This document shows positions 28,610-41,115 of a stretch of 64,000 nt of DNA, in pieces (positions within the stretch are counted from its first letter, which is position 1; every line of letters begins with the position of its first letter). A program made the translations under genes and the position numbers. The stretch comes from the human T2T-CHM13v2.0 reference genome, Homo sapiens. The DNA is taken from NCBI RefSeq assembly GCF_009914755.1, contig NC_060933.1, one strand, 5' to 3'. The notes under the pieces were generated by a model that saw nothing but the letters and a program-made list of their open reading frames with translations, did not search any database and was not told the DNA's origin.

Positions 28610-29150
28610 ACGTCTGCCTCCTGAGATGACGTGCTGAGAAAGAGACAAGCTCACTTCTAGGGTGCACCTGCCAAAAAGGCAGGGCCACATCTTCACCACC
28701 AGGAAACAGAAGACTAGACAAACTGGAAACAACCCGCAAAACAACTGACCCACACCTCCCACAAAGGCCACGACCAGGCCGCACAGGGGTCAGGCCACAT
28801 GGGGTCCTGGCCACACAGAGGTCAGGAGGCACAGTGGCCGGGCCACACGGGGGCTGGGCCACATGGGGGCTGGGCCACACAGGGTCGGGCCACACAGGGG
28901 CCAGGCCACACGGGGGCCAGCTGAGGAATGCTCCAGAATAAAGGAAGCGAAAGAGATACAAGGATTCAGTGCAATGGGTGATGCCGGCCTGCTTCCTGGA
29001 CTGGGGAACGAGAGCTCTGCAGGAACCATGGGCTCTCCTGAACAAATATGAATCCAGACAGACCGAAGCTTGGTGAAAAGCGACTCCCTCCTGATTCTGA
29101 CAATCACGCTGTGCTTACGTGAGAGACTGCCCTCGCTCTCGATAGCACCC
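28610..29150 (+). mobile_element. L1MC-like 3' UTR fragment
   Basis: CACTTCTAGGGTGCACCTGCCAAAAA...AGGAAACAGAAGAC...CAAAACAACTGACC...CTGAGGAATGCTCCAGAATAAAGGA resembles the L1MC 3' end; GC-shifted. Confidence 0.5.
28766..28920. repeat. ~16-bp G-rich minisatellite (GGCCACACAGGGG..), about 9 units
   Basis: Repeated GGCCACAC/T(A/G)GGG units. Confidence 0.85.
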
Positions 29151-31326
29151 CGTGCTTACATCACAGCCCTGTGGACAACTATGAGCAGGACCTGGGGCCC
29201 ACGGGAGGATCACACAGCAGGCTGGGTGGAGGGACAGTTCTGTCCAGCCCTTTGGGACTCTCTGTAATCCCAGCCCACAAACCTGCCAGGCACAGCTGCC
29301 TCGGACTTGGGTGTTGAGACCCAGCTCCTCCATATGGATCCTGGCCCCTGCACTGCCCCCTGTGTCTCTGGACAAGTTCTCACCCCTCCAAGCCTCTGTT
29401 TTCTCATCTACAAAAAAGACATGTCACCACATGGTTGTGGAATTAAAGGAGAAGGTGGCACCCAGCGCTGGGCAAGTCCCTCACTGGTGGCATGGCCTGA
29501 GCAGGGCCAGGGCTCGTACATTCATAGTTTTCTCAGAGGGCAAGGATAGCTTTCCCCAGCGGGCAGTCCCTCCGGATGTCCAGCCACCTGCCCCATCCCA
29601 GCACTGGGCCTCAGCTCTCAAGAAGCCACAGCAGAGGATGCTGCTGGCAGTGCTGAAGTTAGAGGTCTCGGGGCCATAGTCAAACGTTCTCACCTGTCCT
29701 TCCTACTGGTGTTCCTATTCCTCGGAGGGAAGTGTCCATGTCCTTGGCAAGCCCGGCCTTGGGCCATCTGGCTCTCAGTGACAACAGGAGGAGTGAGGTG
29801 AGAAGCCGCCACTGGACACGCTGAACTGCATTCTGGCCTTTGTCACAGCCTGAGGCCTCTGGAGGCCGATGTCCCTGGGATTACACGGTGCTAATTATTC
29901 TGGAGCTGACTGGAGCCCAGAAAGCTGAAGGCAGGACCCTGAGTCTCACATATGGGTGGAAGGCTTGGCTATCCTTACATTCCGCTGGGAGGGAAGATTC
30001 CAGAATGAGGCTGTGGTTGTGTTGCCTGGGTCAAGTCCATTTGAAAGTCCCCCAGAAGGAAGTGGGCTTCTCTTCCAAAGAGAAACCCTCCTGCTGGTGA
30101 GGAAGCAGCCAAGTTCCAAGAGCCCTGCTTAGGGCTAAGCCTGTCCCAACACAACGGCAATGAGCAGACCCCCCCAGGCAGGAGGTTGGGAGGGGGTGGC
30201 CCATTTCCACTCCTTTGTCTCCAAGGCCTAAGAGTGACCATCCTGTGACCCCACAGACCTTGTGTCGACCTCCACCCCCAGGATCCCCATAGCTTTCCAC
30301 GCCTTGGCATACCCGGTCAGCAGCACACAGGCTGAGAAGGGTGTGGACCATCTTCAAGGTCAGCTGTTTCAGCCCTTCCCTCAGGGAGCAGAAGGCCACC
30401 CCCCGGCTGGCACACCCACTCTGCCCTTCCCACTGTGGGGCTGGACAGCTGGTTGGCTTTCTGAATGTCAACCCTGGAGCAGGGCTAATGACAGCCACCT
30501 GCAGCTTCTTCTCCAGAATAAAGAATGGGACTCAGCAAGTGCTTGGCCCATAAGTGTGTGATAAATAACAGCTATCACTATTATCTAGTTATAAAAGCAA
30601 ATGCCAAGAAAATTAGCAGGTGCCTGGTGCCACAATGCCGCTGATATGAGGGCCATTCCAGGATGCAGCTGAATCATCAGAGTCCAGTTGACCCAAAGGC
30701 CGAGCCACTGGGCAGGAAGGGTCCCCGTGGGCTGGAGGGACAGGGTGGGTCTCAGTGGGGTTTGATGACGTCCTCAAGGAAGCAATGGAGTGACAGATGA
30801 GGGACTTGGGGGCTAAGAGAACAGAGAGGCCTGGAGACTGTGGTACTTTGAACATGGTGGGGGTGCTGGTGCACCAGAAGGTGGGGGCAAATGAGGGCCC
30901 AACCCTGTGGGAAGCCGAGGGCTGGCTGAGTTCATCCTGCTGCAGGCTGCGTGCCCCAGCGTTGGGTTAACCCTGCCATGCCCCACCCTCCCCGGTGTCC
31001 AAGAGCTCTGTGCATGGCCGCTCAGCAGCCCAGCCCTGCCTGTCCTCCCACAGCCCGACCAAATTCAGGTCTGAGTGGGTTCTGGGGGCTGTGTAGAAGG
31101 AATGCAAGAGTCACACTTGGGGTTCCTGGCTGCATCCCAGACCTCACTGGCGCACGAACACCATCCACAGGTGCACACACGTGACGCTCCTCCACTGTGT
31201 TGGGCAGAGCAGGCACAGGCATCCGTACGATTCAACCACCAAGCAAGCCAGAAACGAGTGCTCTCAAAACACTGGCACTGTTGCAGCAGGGTTGGTTGGA
31301 GGCTGAACATTGATGGCAACAGTTGG

Positions 31327-31886
31327 TGTGATGGTTAATACTGAGTGTCAACTGGAGTGGATTGAAGGATGCAAAGTACTATTCCTAGGTCTGTCTGTGA
31401 GGGTGTTGTCAAAGGAGATTCACATTTGAGTCGGTGGACTGGGAGAGGCAGACCCACCCTCAATCTGGGCAGGCACCATCTAATCAGCTGCCAGCGTGGC
31501 TAGAATAAATCAGGCAGAGGAAGGTGGAAGGACTGGACTTGCTGAGTCTTCCGGCCTTCAACTTTCTCCCGTGCTGGATGCGTCCTGCCCTCGAACATCG
31601 GACTCCAAGTCCTTCAGCTTTTCAGCTCTTGCATTTACACCAGTGGTTTTTCAAGGGCTCTCGGGCCTTTGGCCGCAGACTGAAGGCTGCACTGCCGGCT
31701 TCCCTGCTTTTGAGGTTTTGGGACTTGGACTGATCCACCACTGGCTTCCTGGCTCCTCAGCTTGCAGATGGCCTATTGTGGGACTTCACCTTGTGACTGT
31801 GTGAGTCAATTCTCCTTAATAAACTCCCTTTTATATGTACATCTATCCTATTAGTTCTGTCTCTCCGGAGAACCCTGACTAATACA
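31327..31886 (+). mobile_element. MLT2A-type (HERVL) solo LTR, full length (probably MLT2A2)
   Basis: TGTGATGGTTAATACTGAGTGTCAAC start, AATAAA near 31818, ends GAGAACCCTGACTAATACA; 560 bp. Confidence 0.88.
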
Positions 31887-32789
31887 GTCTGTCACCCCCT
31901 AATTCCATTAGACCCTATACCAAGCCTGCAGGGGACAGAGACGAGCAAGCCCACGTCCTCACACCTGAGACGTCACTGTCACACTGCATTGGCAGGACCT
32001 GCACTCAGAGAGCTCATGCTGAAAGTCGGGGCAGAGACAGTTGGGTTGCCCAGGCCACAGCACTGATGGGCTTCAGGGCTCAGCTCAGGTTGTGAAGCAA
32101 TGGGGCCTACGTTGGCAGCTCCTGCCATGCAGGAGGTATACGAGCTAGGCCCTAATGGGTTAATGGATCTATTATGAGGAATAGCTTCTTGGAGGGGGGA
32201 GCCCCAGCAAATCCAAAGTGGATGCTATTACTCAAGGCTGCAGCCCAGAGTTTTCCTTACATCTTAATTCATTAGTTGGTGCAAAAAAGCAGCAGAATCT
32301 CTCAGGGGCAGCGAGGACCTTGAGGTGGTCTCTGTGTTTTCAGAACCTTGCCACTCCCTCTTCACACTCAGCCTGGAGTTAGCCACGCTCCTGTCCAAGA
32401 GAGTGGAGGGACAGGTGGGCCGAGGGCCAGCAGAGTGGGCGAGGCCTTGGCCTTCAGAAACTCAACCCCACCCGGACACAGCTGGTGGTAGGCCTTCTCA
32501 GCCCCTCGTCTGAGTGCCCTCTCTCCGTGGCCCTTAACTTGTCACCTGGAACATAGGAAATGTGGGCCCCAGTTTTCAGGAATTGTCAGAGACGGTGACA
32601 GTAGTGGTACCTGTAGCTGCTGGCCCTGCAGCTTGCAAAGGGCCATGGGTCCAGCAGAAGGTGTGGGCTTCCGATCGCCCATCTTCCGCCAGCCCCTCCC
32701 ACCCTGGGCTGCGTGGCCTGTTTGCAAACCACAGACATTGAGTTATTCTTTCTAAGAGCCACATAGATGTTCTTGGGTCCGATTCTTAA

Positions 32790-33490
32790 ACATATTCGCA
32801 ATCATACAAAGAGTGACCCAGTGACCCAGCAGTTCCTTTTTTTGAGAAATTATCTTGGAGCTAAATCAGCCAAGTGAGCAAAGACTAAGCAGCAAGGGTA
32901 TTTAATGCTGCGTTGTGTAGCAGAGCAAAACGGAAAACTCACAAGCCCTTCAACATGGATGCATTGCTCTGGTCATGTGTCTGTGCAGGGAGTCCGTGAC
33001 AGGAACCAACAGAAGTGGGGGTCATAGAGATGCTGTTTGGTGCAAGGTCTGAGCCAAACCTTGTGCAAAACAGAGCTGTGTCTCGCCGCAGCCCGGGAGC
33101 AATACTCTGATGGAGGAGGTGTTATAGCTCCTGTTCCCCAAAGCAAAACTAGAGCCTGGAGGGTTCCCTGTCTCACCCTGGGTCACACCTGGCCTAATTT
33201 GAAAACTAGGTTCTTAACGGAGACTCAGTGTGGCCAATAAAGTGACCACATGGCACACATTTATGGCTGTGGATGGATGCTCACAGAACCCTAGGTGGAA
33301 AAGAGCTGGCTGCTACAGTGCAAGCACTCTAGTGGCAGACAGGCACATCTTCCTGCACAGACACTCGGAGGTAGGCTAAGCAGGCACCCCATGTCCTTCT
33401 GCACACTTTCTGCATTTTCTGATCAGTTTGTTTGCAATAACTATGTATTAGTTTTATTATCAGGGGAAAATAATAAAGCTATTTTTAAAA
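32790..33490 (+). mobile_element. Degraded L1ME-like 3' fragments
   Basis: TGACCCAGCAGTTCC...AAGGGTATTTAATGCTGCGTTGT...; ends ATGTATTAGTTTTATTATCAGGGGAAAATAATAAAGCTATTTT. Confidence 0.45.
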
Positions 33491-34319
33491 GCTGGCAATG
33501 GATACCTTGGAGATGGGGAGCATATCTGGCTGCAGCCAGCTGCAGATGAATCATCTGAGGACACTGAATTCAGCGGCGAGGCGCTAGGGACTCAAATGAA
33601 CTGGAAAGGCCAGGTGACTAAGACTCGTCAGCCCCTTACCCCGGGCAGGGACCCGAGGGGTCCTTGGAGGAGGGGCCCAGGGCAGAGGGGCTGTGAGCAG
33701 AAGGGAGGAGGGTGCCAGCCCCTGATAGCCATGGGACAGCTTTGTCACTGACGTATGGGACATCCTTCTGCTCTCCCTGGCCCCCCGCCGACAACAAAGA
33801 GAAAACAGCAGCCCCGACTTAAACTCACACGTGTGCCCCCCTCTCAAGTTTGTGGGCGGGGGGGTGTACAAAAACACCATGTCCTTTTTAGGAATAGCAG
33901 CACATGGAGGGAGCGCCATCCAGCGTGGAGGGAAGATGCTGCCCAGCTGTGCCACTGCCCAGCAGCCTCCGGGCAAGGTCCTGCTTGAGCTGACTCTCCA
34001 GCAGCCGAGAAGGTCTGTGCCAGCCATGCACACACCCCTGAGCGTGTCCCCTGCCAGGACTAAGCACGGGCAGCCTCTGGACATCTGCAAATTAAAAAGA
34101 AGACACCCCTGCTCTTTCCAGCTGTATGAACCAGTCCCGGACCAGACGCCTGTGTCTGCTAAGGGTTTTCTCACTTATTTGCTAAACCCCTGTCCCTGCT
34201 CTAAGAAGAGCACCTAACCTGCCCACCTCCCCGTATACGGTCTCCCCCGGCAATGAAATGAGAAGCACTTTTGGCCTCATGTTTACTTGATGGATGGACA
34301 AAACACAGAACATGACGCA

Positions 34320-34710
34320 GTCACCACCGCCGATGGCCACAGAGTGACAGGTGATTGCGGGAAATTAAACAGCCCTCCCTAAGTCATCCATCATGAGAAC
34401 CTCATTCCTTCCCTCGGCCAAGGGTCGGCAGTGCTCTCGCGGAGCAATTCATCACCGGCGGGCCATGTCATCGCAGGCCGTCGCCTCTCCGGGAAGCCGG
34501 GATCGACCAGGCCCGGCTCGCCCGCCCGGAAATGCCTTTTAAGCGCCATCCTAAGTGGGAATTTAATTGAAGTGTAATAAGGCATCTAATGTGAGATTAA
34601 GAGGCAAGGCCACCTGGAATGAGCCGTCACTTAAATAATTACTTTGCTTTCTCGGTCACAGCTCCCTCACCAGTGACCGTGTGGTCATTTAGCATCAGTA
34701 TCGGAGGTAG
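34320..34710. promoter_or_regulatory. Candidate enhancer: CpG-dense patch plus TAAT-rich block
   Basis: About 17 CpGs in 34410-34550, followed by AATTTAATTG, GTAATAA, CTAATG, GATTAA and TAAATAATTA. No repeat recognised here. Confidence 0.4.
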
Positions 34711-37520
34711 AGGCGGTCCTGGGGGCTCGCCAGGTCCTGTTTCCCAGCCCGCCTTCTGGGCAGTGGGAGAGGTGGAAGACCAGCCTGGTGGGGAAGTGGG
34801 GTCACGTGGCCGGTCCTGGCCAATGAGATGCGCAGTCCCTTTTCAGAACTGGGCCCGGGTCTCTCTGCGCCTTGCTCTTCCCTGCCCTCCCCAGGACGAA
34901 CGCAGGCCTGGCACTGGGCTGACGGAGTCGCCGCTGCCCGGGTCACGCCATAGAGGCCAGCACCTGCAGCGGCTTGGCCTGGCCCCAGAGCAGTTTCTAT
35001 GTGCGTGAAAGGACCGAAGATTCAGGTCACCATAGCGTAACGCAGACCAGATGGACACCCCACATAGGGCCCCTGCAGCCTGCGAGCTAGGGGTGCTGCC
35101 TGCAAAGAGGAAGGACGTGGGGTTTGCTTCACCTGCCTCCAGTTTGGATGAGACCTCGGGACCCACTTCCAGTGTTTCCATTTTAGAGGGAAGGGCAAGA
35201 AGCTATATTTCAAGAAGGGGGGCCATGCCCCGCCACCTGGCAGCGGAGCCTGAGCTGAACCTGCTTGGCCCTCCCAACCTTCTCAGAGCTCCTGCCTACC
35301 AGGACCTGCTGTAGGAGCTTTTGGGGTCTTGGTGACCCAGTCAGAGCCACTCGGTCACAGGATCAGCTGCTGCCTGGTGAGTGCCCTCTTACCGGCTTCC
35401 CCCTAAGGCCACTGGTAAGGCTGGGACCTTTATGGGTAGAGAGGCCCGGCTGGTCACGACCACTGTCCTGTGAACATCATTCTGAAGTCGACGGCACTGA
35501 CTTGTAAGTGGAGGGGGCAGATCCAGTAGAAAACACACCGCGGGTTTTGTAGGTGGTGGGAAGTCTTTCAACAGGCATTTTTGGACAGCCTGCTGTGCGC
35601 ACGGCACCCAGTGTTCTGTGAATCTTGTCATTGATCTCAAGGCCAGCCAGATGCCCATGAAATATCGGGCACGTTGGGCAGCAGGCTTTTATTTTGGTCT
35701 GAGTTCAGCCTGCTGTTATTACTTCCTCATCTTTTCCTTTCAGGTTTCCAAAAGCCTGGGCCCGTGGTGAATCCTGGCTGGGAGGAACTTTGAGGGCACC
35801 CCTGGGCTCCTCCCCTGTGCCCTGCCCCCCGCCGACGCCATCCCTGATAGTGCCCAGATTCTCCTTAACTTATTTCCAGGAGCGGCAGCGCTGGCTTTCT
35901 CAGTGCCTCTGGGGACAGGCCGTTCACCCCGCCCGCCACTACTCGGGCCACTTTTGACCCCCGGGAGTATTCGGCAACAAGTCTGGCAAGAGCATCAGTG
36001 TGGGTGGCCAGTGACCACGTGCAGCACTTGGCCTGCAGCAAGAGCCAGCTGCATGGGCTGGGCTGGAGTCAGGGGCTTGTCTGGACCTCATCAGGATGCA
36101 GAGGAGGGATCTGGCCTGGAGGACCCTGCCCTGCACGTCCGCCTCAGAGCCAGGGTGACCCTTTGCCTTTGTCCTTGAAGAAATGCATTTCAGGGACTCA
36201 ATGTCCCTGATTGTCCCGATCCAGAGTCCAGAGCAGGAGAGGCTGTCACTCCCTCCCCTGTCCCTGGAACATTAGAACAGCCCATGGGAGGGGCAACACT
36301 GTCCTTGGGAGACCTCAGTCCTCATCCATCCCACCCTGAATGTCAAAGCCACGTGACGGAGTTCAACCAGCTTCCTCCAAGCTGGCCATGCCTTTCCACG
36401 CCCGTCTTTGGCGGGTTCCCTTCTGAAATTCCTCCTCTTCCTCCCACATGCGCCTTCCCACGACCTCCATGCTTCTAAGGAGCAATCGTGCCTCCTGGAT
36501 GCCTCTCTGTCAGCTTTCAATGTGGGGAATAAAGACCTACGGAAGTGTTGGCAAGCCAGTTAAAAATAGCCCCATCTATTAAAAGGTGAAAACGTGGTGA
36601 GAAACACAGGCAGGGTGGGGGTGAATGTGCTGCCTGCCTCAGCCCTGCCCTCTTTCTGGAAGAGCCAGCCCTCCCCAGACTCGGCAGCCCAATCAGATGC
36701 CCTGACCCCACCAGCCACCTCCAACCCACGCGAGCCCTTTGGGTGGCGGCCCTGGCTGCCCAGTGAGTATCTATCTCAAGCCTGTGTGGATGTCAGTTTG
36801 CTTTTTAATCTTGTTCCCTTGATACATATCAGCTTTTAAATCAAGGAATGTGTCTTCCCAAATGAAGAGGCTTTTATTAGGCACCCTGTATCGCTTTCAA
36901 AAGAAAAAGTCACATTAATTCCAACTATGTGCCGTGTGTTTGGATTGATTCTGATATCACAGCGTCAGCAGTCCGTTTTCTTCGCAGAGAAATTCCGTCA
37001 TCTCTGACACCAACATCAACAGCAGCCAAAGGGTCTCTGGTGTGGGCAGGGGACCGTCCCACACAGACCTCAGTTGCAGAAGCCAGAAGCAGCGATGAAC
37101 AGAAACCTCGGGAGAGCAGAGAGCTCCGAGGAGCGGCGGGGAGGTAGGGCTGTGGGTTAGGGCGCCACTGCTCGCAGCCGGGTGAGGCAGGGTCTGGGTG
37201 GTGCTGCAGCCCCCGCACTGTCTCCCACAGTGGGTCACGTTCCTCTCCTCTTCCATCCACCACAGTTCACACAACTGCCAGAGCGGGGTTCAAGGCCCCA
37301 GTCCCCTGCCTGAGACCCTCCAAGACTCTGCAGCACCCACAGGCCATGCCTGTGCTGCCCACATGTTCTGTGATGCTCCCCAAGGCCCCTCTGCAGCCCC
37401 CGACACCCCACCCCCACCCATCTGCATACCTATTCCCCAAAGTGAGTTGTTCCCCTGGGCCTTTGTAAGTGCCCTTCCACCCTCCTGAAAATCCCTCCTC
37501 CAAGACCATCCATGGTTCCC

Positions 37521-37761
37521 TTCCTCTCTGGAACCTTCTTTGATCCTCCCAGGCTTAACTCACTGAGTTCCCCCTTCCCCTGAGCTCCACACAGTACTCA
37601 GCAACCCCACTTCTACAGCAGAAGCCACTTCCTACGTGGGCTCCTCTCTGGAACCTTCCTTGATCCCCCCAGGCCTAACTTATTGAGTTTCCCCTTCCCC
37701 CGATCTCCACATAGCACTCAGCAACCCCACTCCTTGAGCAGAAGCAACTCCCTTCTTGGGC
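37521..37761. repeat. 120-bp tandem duplication (2 diverged copies)
   Basis: TCCTCTCTGGAACCTTC...CTCAGCAACCCCACT...AGCAGAAGC starts at 37522 and again at 37642. Confidence 0.92.
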
Positions 37762-38174
37762 ACTGGCGTTTTTGCCCATCTTTCCTTTTGAAATGCAGTT
37801 TCTTAGGGCACCAGGAAAGACCATCAGTGCTCGTTGACCCAAAGTTCAACGTGCTCACAGACTCTGAGCATGATTTTGCACCATCTGTCAGTAGGTCCTT
37901 GATTTTCTGTTTTTTTTTTTTTTTTTTTTTTCAGAATCTTGGGCTAAAGATCTATGAGTGCTGGGACCACTCTCCTTGTCAGGTGGTAAAAAGCTCTTCA
38001 GCAAATCAAAGCTCTCCTCTCCCAAGCAAGCAGTGGGTCCTTTCCTCCCCTGGAGGCTTCTCAGGCAGGGCCACAGTTGGGAGAGCTGAGATGCTGTGGC
38101 AGAGAGGAAAGGAGGGTGCGACCCCGCCCTGCCCCTGTGCCTTGACCTCAGCTGTCTCCTCCGTGAGGCATGAC

Positions 38175-39270
38175 CCATGACACACTTGCCGCATGCCCAC
38201 TATGCCACCATCCTTCTGCACACGCCTGCCATGCCCCCACTGTGCCACACCTGCCATGTCACACTCACCCCACACCTGCTATGTCCCCACCATGCCACAC
38301 CTAGGTCACACCCTTGCCACACCCCCAAACCCCATCGTGGCATGCCTACTGAGTCACGCCCTTGCCACACCTGCCACCCCCCACTGTGCCGCACCTACCA
38401 TGTCACACCTATGCCACACACACCAAGCCCCCACCATGCCATGCCTTTACCATGCCCCTACTGTGCCCTGCCACACCCCATGCCACATTCCCCATCCCCT
38501 GGTTGCACTCTGTCACTCCCCCACTACATCATATCATATACCCTCGCCACTTCAAGATCTGCCCACTGCTATGCCAAGCTCTGTGACACCAGGCCCCTGT
38601 CACACCACACCAAACCCCCATTATGCCACACCTCACCTCCACCATGCCACACCCCCACTATGCCACACACATCGCCACCACACCACACCCCCACTATGCC
38701 ACACCACATCTACACCACGCCACACCCCGTCACGCCACACCACACCCCACACCCCCGTGTCACACACCCCACCACACTGCACCACACCCCCCACCAAGCC
38801 ACATCACACCCCATGCCACACCCCCATTATGTCACACCACACCCCCACCATGCCACACCTCACCCCCATGCCACACCCCCCACCATGCCACACCTCACCC
38901 CCATGCCACACCCTCCACCATGCCACACCTCACCCCCATGCCACACCCCCCACCATGCCACACCCCATGCCACACCCCCCACCATGCCACACCACACCCC
39001 ATGCCACACCCCCCACCACGCCACACCACACCCCCACCACGCCACACCACACCCCATGCCACAGCCCCCATCATGTCACGCCACACCCTCCACCATGCCA
39101 CACCTCACCCCCATGCCACACCTCACCCCCATGCCACACCCTCCACCATGCCACACCTCACCCCCATGCCACACCCTCCACCATGCCACACCTCACCCCC
39201 ATGCCACACCCTCCACCATGCCACATCACACCCCCATGCCACACCCCCCATCATGCCACACCCCACTACT
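38175..39270. repeat. C/A-rich CCATGCCACACCC minisatellite (~17-19-bp units)
   Basis: About 1.1 kb, degenerate on the left and homogeneous on the right; accounts for the H/P/T-rich ORFs. Confidence 0.92.
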
Positions 39271-39616
39271 CCCTCATGGCGGAGGCCCATCCTTATCTCT
39301 CCCTCAGGCAGGAGCCCCTCACTGGTCTCCATCTCTTGACCGGCCTTACTTACATCTTTCAGTAATTCCCCTCCACTGTGGCTGTGTTAGCCCGGCTAAG
39401 GTACACCCTGGACCTCACTTCCTACTGTAAAGGCTTCTGTGGATCCCCTGGAGCTGGGATGAAGTCTGTGTCCCGGGCTGCCATCCACGGACTCTATAGA
39501 TAGTCCCAGAAGCATGAGCAGAGCCGTCCTCCCTCCTCTGACGTTCCCGGCTGGTCTGTGCCTGGGCCCTTGACTCCTCCGTTCCCCAGTCCTTATTCTT
39601 CCTCCACCCACTCACG

Positions 39617-39713
39617 AAGAGAGCCTCAGCCTCCATCTTTTCAAGGAGGCATTCTGACCAAAAGAGAGGCTCAGCCTCCATCTTTTCAAGGAGGCATACT
39701 CCGACCAAAGGAG
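39617..39713. repeat. 45-bp tandem duplication
   Basis: AAGAGAG.CTCAGCCTCCATCTTTTCAAGGAGGCAT starts at 39617 and again at 39662. Confidence 0.9.
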
Positions 39714-40614
39714 ATGAAGTCGTCCCTGGGTTTGGGGGGCGGTCGTTGTGAATCTTCACAGAGCATATATTTCTCAGCCATTGCAGGGGCCAAGCCCGGT
39801 ACTGTACTGTATCTGCACTGTACCAACCGTGTGAGGCAGGGACAAGGGCCTGGCCCACTGTGGGAGGTCAATCTGAGTTTGCTGAGCAGTCATAACTCCT
39901 AATGCAAGCTAGGTCTCCTCTGCGTGGGAGTGCTTGCACTAAGGGAAGTCACAGAAGCCTTGGAACACACTCAGCGCCCAGTACACCCGGTCACAGAGGC
40001 CTGCACGCAGCCCCATGTGCACAGACCCTCACTGCACCCTTCTGATTTGCCTTCCAGCCTCTGGTTGTGGCCACCAGCTCTCCTCCACTCAGCTCCTGCG
40101 GGCTACAGCCTCCTTGAGAGAGGGTTATGATAATGTGGCTGAGCCTGCAACGGCCCCTAGGATATGCACTTGAGCCCTACTTGGCTGCCAGCTGTTTAAA
40201 AATGGAAGGAAGAGATTAAAAATGAGCAAAAGCGAAACGGCTTTGAATAAAGTCATCGACAGCCCAAATGTGCAAACTAATTCAATTTCTGCATCTTTCC
40301 TGCTCTGAAGTGTGCACACTCAAGAGCCACAAGTTTCCTCTGTCAAGGCAGGAGGAGCTGAAATGCACAAAGCGGACCTGCCTGCCTTCCTCAATGGCCA
40401 CTCGTAAATTTCCCAAACTTCATCCAAACACAGGCATCTCCGTTAGAGCTCCTCAAAGAAATGTCTGCGTCCACTTGGTAATCACCCACACAACTACTGA
40501 GGGCAGAGAGAGGCAAAGCTTAACTAACAAGTTCCTCACCATGAGAACTGCCTGGGGGCCAGCCACTCAGCACCCACAGCCTGCGGGAACCCTCTGGCTC
40601 AACCCACACGGTGC

Positions 40615-40970
40615 CTCTGCTGTGGGACAGATTGACCACCCACGAAACTCAGCTGCAGAAGAGAACAGCAACATCTGTCATCCCAGTGTCCTGTTGGTCA
40701 GGAATTAGGGAGCGGCTTAGCTGGGTGCTTCTGGCTTGGGGTCTCTCATGAGGTTGCAGTCAAACAGGCAGCAGAGGCCACCTCACCTGAAGGTCTGTGT
40801 GGCTTGGAGGATCTGTTTCCAAACTCACTCACCTGGCTGTTGGGAAAAGGCTCCATACCACCCGGACCTCGCCGACGAACCACTCACGATGTGGTAGGTG
40901 GTTCCCCCCGCAGAACGTGACAGAGAGAGACAGAGAGAGAGAGAGACAGAGAGAGAGAGGAAGAGAGAGA

Positions 40971-41001
<31 letters not shown>

Positions 41002-41115
41002 GCACCCAAAATGGGACCCACAGTGCCTTTTATAACCTAATCAAGGGAGGGGCTAACGCAGCTTCTGCCAGCTTCTGCCTGCCTGAGGGTCGCTGGGGGC
41101 CATCCTGAGGCTGGC
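40615..41115 (-). mobile_element. MLT1F/G-like LTR with internal (GA)n at 40918-41001
   Basis: GGTCAGGAATTAGGGAGCGGCTTAGCTGGGTG...TCTCTCATGAGGTTGCAGTCAA...CTCACTCACCTGGCTG...CTTTTATAACCTAA. Confidence 0.7.

Noticed and set aside
35715-35890. Strong-looking splice acceptors (CAG at 35741-35743 and near 35879)
   Set aside because: No supportable downstream donor or ORF; an exon cannot be called without RNA data.
38177-39430. 417/390-aa His/Pro/Thr-rich ORFs
   Set aside because: Stop-free translations of a C/A-rich minisatellite, open in several frames.
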